Assembly (NCBI GenBank): GCA_000165425.1 | Contig: CT868096.1 | Coordinates: 640,601-704,600, forward strand | DNA: 64,000 bases | Origin: Paramecium tetraurelia | Taxonomy: Eukaryota | Direction of reading: 5' to 3' | Shown here: positions 55,491-64,000 of the stretch, piece after piece | Numbering within the stretch: position 1 is the stretch's first letter | Layout: every line of letters begins with the position of its first letter | Translations under genes and position numbers: made by a program | Notes under the pieces: generated by a model | Databases searched by the model: none | Seen by the model: only the letters and a program-made list of their open reading frames with translations | What the model was told of the DNA's origin: nothing

Positions 55491-56806
55491 TATTATCATT
55501 ATTTCTGGGCAATCGAGCTGTGAATTTGGGAGTCACTTCCTAATATCTAGATGTAATTATTAGTGTGATTGAGTTAGTTATAAAATAAATTCGAGGAAGA
55601 AGACCCTATTTTACATCAATTTGATCATAACAATAGACCTCATGCATTATACTTTGGTAATGATCTAGACCTATCCAAATCTTTAAATAGAATCAATATG
55701 AATTCATTAAAATAAGAAACTTAGGAAGTCCCTATTTTAAATCAATAGGATGAAGATGAACCATAGATTATAAAATTAACTTAAAAATATTTACATCAAA
55801 TGAAAATAGACTCGAAGCAGATATTCAACTATAAGAAGAACTTTGAAAATGAAAACGACCTTTTCACTACCAATTTGGATTCTGCTTAAGTGGAATCATT
55901 TTAAGATAACATTTAAACTTAATTGGAAAAGGCAGATTAATGTGATGGTTTTGAATTAATCATCGATTGTGAAACATGTTATGGCGAGATCGGATTGAAG
56001 ATTGTTGATTCCTTGAACGATCTCCAAGGAAATAGCAAAACTCCTAAATTAGTATTTTCTATTGTAGATTCCTACAATAATACAAAAAATAGAATTATTA
56101 ACAGGTAAACAATGTGTATTTATTAAGATCATTAACTTTGACTCAATATAAGGAGAATTCTACGTTATTGATACCTCTAGAAATGAAAGAAATGCAAATT
56201 CATTCAAATCAATTAGAACTTAATTAGTAGTACTCCTTCATCATCAACAATATACTCTCAGCATACAAATGTACTCAAGAATATGTGAATATGCATGAAT
56301 TCTGTAAGAGAATCACACCAGTTCCTTAAAATAATATCTTCAATGTTTTGGCTTCAATTCCCTCACTTTAGGATAAGCCAGAGGATAACATCTTGAATTA
56401 CAAGCAAGCCAAGAATTTTGATAGGTTTTACTTTTCATAAGAAATTATAAATTTGAATTCAGAGAGGGAGTCATTTGGTGAGTCATATTTTTTAAGAGGT
56501 ATTTCACCATTTCCAAATGAAAGAAATCTAAAATCATATGGAGTAGACATCAGAATTCTGGATTATATTTATTAAGTGCCTTAGATATATGATTATATTG
56601 AATTGTTACCATTTCATAGCAGCATTTTTAGTAATGAGAGTTATAAGTTTACGATTCTAAAATTATACAAAGAATTAAATAGCATTAAGAAAATGGGATT
56701 TTTGTAATATGAAAAGTAATCCTTTGAGGATGATTAGCAATTGAAATATGATTTGTATTAATTGATAGAGAATTACGGTGGTATTGATGAAGAGGAATAA
56801 TTGTGA
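55487..56806 (+). CDS. MSTO1: Misato/Dml1 tubulin-related protein (divergent)
   Basis: N-terminal [36 protein letters not shown]; acidic C-terminus; introns ~55553-55577 and ~56105-56127. Confidence 0.7.
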
Positions 56807-56839
56807 TTGTTATTTATTTATTAATATATTTGATCATAA

Positions 56840-57125
56840 TCAAATAAGGTCCTGAAATCCGAGTGTCTTTCTAAAGTTAATCACTTCTTCGCTTGATAAT
56901 GTGCTATCGTTTCTGTATTAGATTTCATCAAAATCTATATGTAAATTCAAAAGGTTTATTTACTTCTTCTCCTGTACTTTCTTCTTCTATTGTTGAGGAA
57001 ATGTGTGCCCAATCTTGGATAACCTAGACAATCTAAGAAATCATTGTACTTGCCAATATCAGTATGGGGACTGTGAATATAGTGACATCAATGCCTAATC
57101 TGACAAACCATGGGATGGGTCTCAT
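56840..57125 (-). CDS. Small (~76 aa) single-TM basic protein
   Basis: MRPIPWFVRLGIDVTIFTVPILILASYPRLGTHFLNNRRRKYRRRNFDE...FQDLI*; two canonical short introns restore the frame. Confidence 0.75.
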
Positions 57126-57146
57126 TTAATAATATTTAATAAATTA

Positions 57147-58111
57147 ATGTAAAATAATAATTGTTTGTTTTGCGAAAAATAAAGATTAGAAGGAGTCATC
57201 CATTACCCAACTCTTTTATAAACAGTATCAATCCATCCTATCAAGGCACTTTACTTAAAGTACAATCCTCAAGATGAAATGACTATTGATGATCTCATCA
57301 AACATTCCCATAAGAAATGGGTCATAGATTTTTATGAGAAATCACAAGAAATACAAGACCAAGAGTTTCTCAAGAAATACCATGATTGTCATGAGATCAT
57401 CTCCAAATTAATTGATTTGACGGATTATTACAAATATAGATTGGACACACCTAATCTGTTTATGCTTCCATTATTTAAATTGATCAAAAATTACAATAAA
57501 TTACGAAAGTATCATTTTCACTATTTAGAGAATACCATTACACTTAAATCAAATATAAATTAAAAATATTGTTACCCTAAAATCGCAATAATGTTGATAT
57601 TCAATTTACGCAATTGTTGCAATTAACAATGAGTAAACAAGAAGAAGAACAACCATCTTTGATTTCTCTCCTCAATAAATTGTAACCACAACAAACTAAA
57701 ATGCCTAAATAAATAAAATCATATACTCAATAATCGAGTTTATCGACAACTAAATTATTTCAAAAGCCCTTGATTAAATAGAGTGAATAATTAAGTAGAA
57801 AACTTAAATCCATTCTAAATGGGGATATTCGTTAACAAATACCACAATAAATGCCACAACAACAACAAATGAAGAAGACATAATCAAAATCTCATTCGTC
57901 CATTAAATTTCATACACTTCACAGTGTTAATAACAATTCAAAAAAACTGAGTATGTAAACAAGTTAATCAAACCTGTAATCAATCAAAACTTTGGGATAA
58001 AGCAAAATCGGATCTCAGGCAGATATAATTAGTAGCATATACTTACAGAAAAGCAACCCTATTGTTAAAAATAGATAACAAAGAAAATTAATTTAATTAT
58101 TTTATAAATGA
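57147..58111 (+). CDS. Hypothetical protein
   Basis: In frame with track ORF 57279-57563; 20-nt intron ~57510-57529; TGA 58109-58111. Confidence 0.75.
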
Positions 58112-58955
58112 TTACATTATTTACATTTATTTTACTCGCAGTTTAAGCCATTTACATCTCACATGCTAAAAAGAATATCAGTCAATCAATTTGATTGTCT
58201 CATCATCTTAAATGAATTAGGATTTGCGTTTAATAATGATTCTCCTTTTTTTTTCGTGTATATATTTTTGATTAAACTGCATATACTAGTTATTTATAAT
58301 CTTATTAAAATAGTAAACATAATGTTTTCATTTTCGAGTAGAGTCAAACGAATATGGATATCATAAACAGTATCATTGATAGATGCACAAATGTATTCAT
58401 TTATTGTTAGAGCTCTATTACAATAAATCAACTTTTAATTTCACTGATAGATTATATTATAATGGAATCACAAATATCTCTTTATTACTACCTCTAACTT
58501 AAGTTATGATATAATTTAGATACTAGGAAGTTTAGTTTGTGTTAGAATTTAGAGTATGATGGTAGTTTAAAATGTAAAAAGGAAATAACAAAGCATAAGT
58601 AACCATAGAAATAAATTAATTAAATGTTAAATTATCAGCTTGAAAGAAATATCGATAATTCATCATTTCTCTTTTATCTAAATTGTTTACATACTTGTAT
58701 TTTATCATTTTAATTATATTATCTATGTTCGTGTTTTATTATTATAAGAATAACAGAATTTATTAAGTTTTATTTTGAAAAGTTAAAATAGTAAAAATAG
58801 TAATTGGAACATTACTTATCTTTGATATTTCCAGAGAACTTTGTTTCTGCGTGACAACAACGCTCTTGTAGAAGAAAATTATTTATTAATTTTCCACAAA
58901 GATTTAATACTGAAATAATAATGTATATTGATATTTAATATATAAAATTAAAGTT

Positions 58956-60676
58956 ATGGGTTGTTTATAACCAAAAAAACTTAATAGGATAGTGGCTATG
59001 TAAACGACTAATAAGGATCTCGTATTCACTTCAACTGCGGATATTCATAAACTTTATTCGTTTGGTAAAGTATTAGGGATTGGTGCTTTTGGTAAGGTAT
59101 TGGTTGCCAAAATGAGAAACAACAATTCTAAACAATATGCAATTAAAATGATCGATAAGAGGAAAGTAAGAGGGAGAGAAGCAATGCTGGCAAACGAGAT
59201 CTACGTACTTTAGAAGTTAGATCATCCCAATATAATTAAATTTTATGAGGTATATCAAAATGAACTCTACTTTTACATCATAATGGATTATTGTGAAGGA
59301 GGAGAATTGGTGGAGCGGATATAAAAAAGTCAAAAAAATCTTAGCGAAGGTCAAGTGCAGAACATAATATTTAAAGTAATTATTGAATACTAAGAGAGAT
59401 CTGCTCAGCGATTATGTATATCCATGAATAGGGCATTATACATAGGGATATTAAGCCTGAAAATATTTTATTTTCGACGAAAGATCCAAATGCTGAGCCA
59501 AAATTAATCGATTTTGGATTGGCTATAAAATTTGATTCAACCAATCTTAAGTATTCAGAATTAATAATGTCTTAGATAATTGAAAGCAGCTGTAGGTACC
59601 CCTTTGTATTTGGCACCCGAAGTAATTGAAGGAAAATATAATGAAAAGTGCGATGTTTGGAGTCTTGGCATTTTACTCTTTCATCTATTATGCGGTTATC
59701 CACCATTTTATGGCAAGAATAGAGCCGATCTTTATGAAAATATCTAGTATCAAAATGTATGATCTCATCGTCTAAAGGTAGTTGATCTTCGATAGGAGAC
59801 ACTGGAATAATGTTAGTGATGAAGCTAAGGATTTGATTAAAAAGATGTTGAATAAAAATCCGAATATTCGACCAAGTGCAAAGGATTGTCTACGTCACCC
59901 TTGGTTTCGAAGAAAATTTTAACATCCAGTTAAATTGTAAAGAGGTAGGACTACTATAATTTCAATGAAATCACCTTAATTTGAGGATCAGAGATCAATA
60001 TATTAAATGTTGAAAACATACAGAATAGGTGCTAAATTTAAGAAGGAGGTAATGAAGGTGTTAGTAAATTAAATGAATGAAAAAGAATTGGGGAGGTTAA
60101 AATAAGTATTTTAGAAAATAGATGTTGATAATTCAGGAACTATCACTGTTTAGGAATTGAAGGAAGCATTAATGGAGGAAGTATAAATAATCTCTAAATT
60201 TAGGGGTCACATATAAGTCATGAAGAGATAGAATAATTGATCTAAATAGTAGGATTTGAAGTTTTGGAAGAGGACAAAGACGATAATGATTGTGCATCTA
60301 CAACTAAATCAAGCAAACAACTTGTAATCAAATATAGTGATTTTCTGGCTGCATGCATTGATGAAAGAAGAGTTCTAACCAGAGAAAAAGTAGTCTATTT
60401 GTTATATCTTAGTTGTGGTCTGTGTTCAAATACTTTGATACTCAAGATGCCAATTTTATTATGAAAGAAGATATCAAAGAAGCATTAGCCAGACATGGAA
60501 GATAATTATCAGATGAGAAAATAGAAGAAATGATATATGAAATCGATCCAAATCATGATAATAAAATTAGTTTTGAAGAGTTCTGTTAAATGATGGGTGT
60601 GGCTGGAGTTGAATAAACTATGGATTTTAAGGATGAAATAAAAGAGCAATTAATTTTTCAACAATCTCAAGAATGA
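58956..60676 (+). CDS. Calcium-dependent protein kinase (CDPK)
   Basis: [39 protein letters not shown]-hands [12 protein letters not shown] and [12 protein letters not shown]. Confidence 0.95.
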
Positions 60677-60961
60677 TTTCTAATCGTTTATTTTCACATT
60701 TTTAAATCATTTACTATTTACAGGTTGTTTTTACACAATTCTCAAATGGGATACTTTATCTTAAAGCAAAATAAGTATACCCTAAATTATCTATCACTTA
60801 ATAGATGATTTTGAGTATCGAAAATATATTCAAAAATATGACATTAAATTTTAATTTATGATATCGAATATAATCAAAATCTATATAATAAAATAAAAGT
60901 CATATTATTAAGAATAATGGCTTTTTAATATTTTTTTATCTTACCAAAATCAATATTTAAA

Positions 60962-62504
60962 ATGATATTAATTCTTCTCATCCTTCTTTTGGGAGGGACC
61001 CAATCACAAGGATGTTAGCCTTATGGAATTAGATTATTTTTAGGGCATTACTTTAGTTATTTGAGAAATTCTTAGGATGTCATTCGAATAGTTTTCAATA
61101 CTGAAGTATATAACATATTTTGATGATTTCTAGAAAGAATGCAAAGGTTAGTTTGTTCTTGAGTTGATGGATAACAAAAAAGGAAATCAGGTAATGGCAT
61201 CCTAAATCACATATTATGATACTCAATTATTAAACATGACATAAATATATGAAAAGAGTGAGACTATTCAATATAAATATGAAACATTTATTCACACATT
61301 TAAGATAGGCTTAAATAACGTAGACATCAATGTATCGACCTCTTATAATTACACAATTGTTTCTAAATAAAATTCAATATTATCTGGTCCATATAAATTT
61401 GATATCCCTTTGGCATAAAACGAATAAAAGTTCTTAGTGTTTGGAGATATGGATTCAAATTGGGTATAAAACTATTCTAAAGACACATTTAATTGGTTAG
61501 AAAATTAGGTAAATTCTGACAAGCGATACGATTCAATCATATTTACAGGAGATATGGCATATGATTTAGAAACGAATAATTGCTAATAGGGAGACAATTG
61601 GCTAAGAAATCTTTCGGTATTTACCAATAGATATCCCTTTATGGCAGCTCCTGGAAATCACGATACAGGAGAGAATAAGTTTTATGATTTCTTCAGAGCT
61701 AATTTCGGCGCTTTATTTTTAACAGAATATAACACCAAAAGTTATCTTAATGATTTCTTTAGTTTTGATGTAGGAATGGTCCATTTTATATAATTTAATC
61801 CAATAAAAATAGTTTATCAAAATGATATTGATAACGTCACTCCTCTCATAGTAGAACAAATGAGAAATGATTTAATTCATGCAAATTACAATCGAGACAA
61901 AGTGCCTTGGATCATTGTGTACACTCATTATCCTATATATTGTTCAAATCCCTAAAGTGTTCAGTGCTTAAACAATTTTAAATATTTATCAGAGTTTGAA
62001 GATTTGTTTGTAAAATACAAGGTGGATTTGTATTTGAGTGGTCATGTACATACCTATTAAAGAAACAAACCATATTATAAGAATAATATTGCAAAGTACA
62101 AATAACAAGATAATATCATCTCGGAATACTAATATCCTGTATCGATAATTGAAGGAGTTGCAGGTACAGATTTTGGGAAATAAAATGAAACGTTTCCAGA
62201 AGCAGCATTTATGGAGATTCAAAATCCAAATCATGGAATAGGAATAATTACAGTTAAAAACTCTACACATTTATATTATGAGCATATAACAGTTTCAGAT
62301 AACAAAGTTATAGATGCTATATGGTTGGATCGTTCTATTGATACTACTAATACCTCAAATCATGATGGTTTTGAGATTGTTATGTGGGTAATCTTTTCTG
62401 TTTTGCTGGTCCTTACTGGTGTTTCTATCTATTATAAGTCAAATTAAGGAAAGAAAAGTAAGAAGAAACTATTGGATGAGACAATAACTATGGTAGTCAG
62501 TTGA
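60962..62504 (+). CDS. Purple acid phosphatase (ACP7-like), signal peptide and C-terminal TM
   Basis: FGDMD, GDMAY, GNHD, YTHYP, SGHVH: all metal-ligand motifs present. Confidence 0.93.
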
Positions 62505-62515
62505 ATTTTTATGTA

Positions 62516-63888
62516 ATGATTATTTTATTAAATATTCTTATATAATTCTAAGAAATTGAAGGAAGAATCTGCAATCCTTATGGTTTCCGATAGTCTTTGG
62601 GACATTATTATTCAATTTTAAATTACTAATCAGACGTCCTTAGAATAACATTCAATTCCGAGGTAGGACATATTACTTAGAAAAATAGGGTCCTTGTAAA
62701 TCTGCGTTCATTGTTCTTTTGGATAATTATACATTTTATGAATATGAAACCAATGTAATCTAAACAAATGGGATGTCATTTTGCAATACTTATCATTCCT
62801 TCTCTCACACCTTCTAAATTGGGACCAAATATTTACAATAAAATAATCAAAGCAATTATTATGTCCAGGAAGGCAAATCTATATATGGTCCATTTATGAT
62901 ATAGTAAGCAGGATTCTAGAATCCAAGTAGATTCATTGTGCTAGGTAACATGGATTCACAGTGGAAACTAAATAATTCTCAACATACATTTGAGTTCCTA
63001 GAAAATTCTGCTAAAATCTATGAATAGTTCGATGGAATTATTTATTTAGGAAGTATGGGTTTTAATTTAGAGGATGAGAATTGTTTGCAGGGTGATTATT
63101 TTCTAAAGAACATTTCGACATTTGCTTCTCATTACCCTTTTATGATTGCCCCAGGGAATTATGATGCAGGACAATCAAAAAAGTTTGTTTTTATAAAGTA
63201 ATAGTTTAAAATGCCTATTATTTCAGATTACAAACTTGATTTACTTGAATATTATAGTTTTGATGTTGGGTTTGCTCATTTCATTTAGTTCAATCCCTTC
63301 TAATAGATAGTTATGGATATTTAAGGATAGAAAATACTCGATCTACTTGATGAAGACTTAAGAAGAAATCAAAAGCCTTGGATTATAGTATTTACCCATT
63401 ATCCCTTGTAATGTTTTGGAATTTCTTAATGCCAGTTATTCACTAACAAATTATAAGAGTATATCAACATATTCAACAAGTATCAAGTGGATCTAGTATT
63501 GTCCTCATATGCCAATATTTATTAAAGATATATGCAAAGCAATCTCAACTCATTTATTCAAGTGATTGAAGGAATAAGTGGGAATGATATGAATTGGGAG
63601 AATGTCTACATGAATTCAGAGGAAATTGTATATTAATCTAAAGAGATAGGTTTTGGAGAATTGATAATTCATAATGAAACTCATCTCTTTTACTAGCACA
63701 AACTATCTAAGAATAATTAAAGCATTGATGAATTCTGGATTATTAAGTAGAATAGGGAAGAAATTTCACATTTTATCAGAATTACATTAATTTTAATTAT
63801 GATTACATTTATTTCGCAATTATTTGTAATATATAGATGTGTGAGAAGAGAAAAGTTATAAAGGTAATTTTAGATAGTAAGTGAATGA
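62516..63888 (+). CDS. Purple acid phosphatase paralogue lacking metal ligands (pseudoenzyme)
   Basis: Collinear with the upstream gene and same intron position; motifs read LGNMD, GSMGF, GNYD, FTHYP, SSYAN; ORF intact to TGA 63886-63888. Confidence 0.88.
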
Positions 63889-64000
63889 GTAAATGATTAT
63901 TTATAAATGATATTTGATTTATAGTCTAACAGCTTAAAGGTTTTCATAATATGATATAAAATATGACAAATCAAATTTCTCTTCCTTATTAAATAACTTC

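Overview
AT-rich, very compact ciliate macronuclear DNA, almost certainly Paramecium (aurelia-complex type). Genes read through only with genetic code 6 (TAA/TAG=Gln, TGA sole stop) and carry 20-30 nt GT..AG introns, so the standard-code ORF track is fragmentary or antisense noise. Manual re-translation gives about 33 protein genes and one tRNA-Ser(UGA). Recognisable genes are RPS8, AGC/PKG/SNF1-type/CDPK kinases, a P4-ATPase, two Cys-rich surface proteins, EMC5, an SLC33A1-like transporter, syntaxin, a MORN protein, PHB2, XRN2, Misato and two purple acid phosphatases. A run of decaying pseudogenes lies between 23 and 39 kb. Most notable: a Myb+RCT Rap1-like telomere protein candidate, an XLF/Cernunnos homologue, an XRN2/Misato ATGA stop-start overlap, an active/dead purple acid phosphatase tandem pair and a LITAF+wolframin-like fusion. 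All family assignments are by-eye motif recognition, not database searches.
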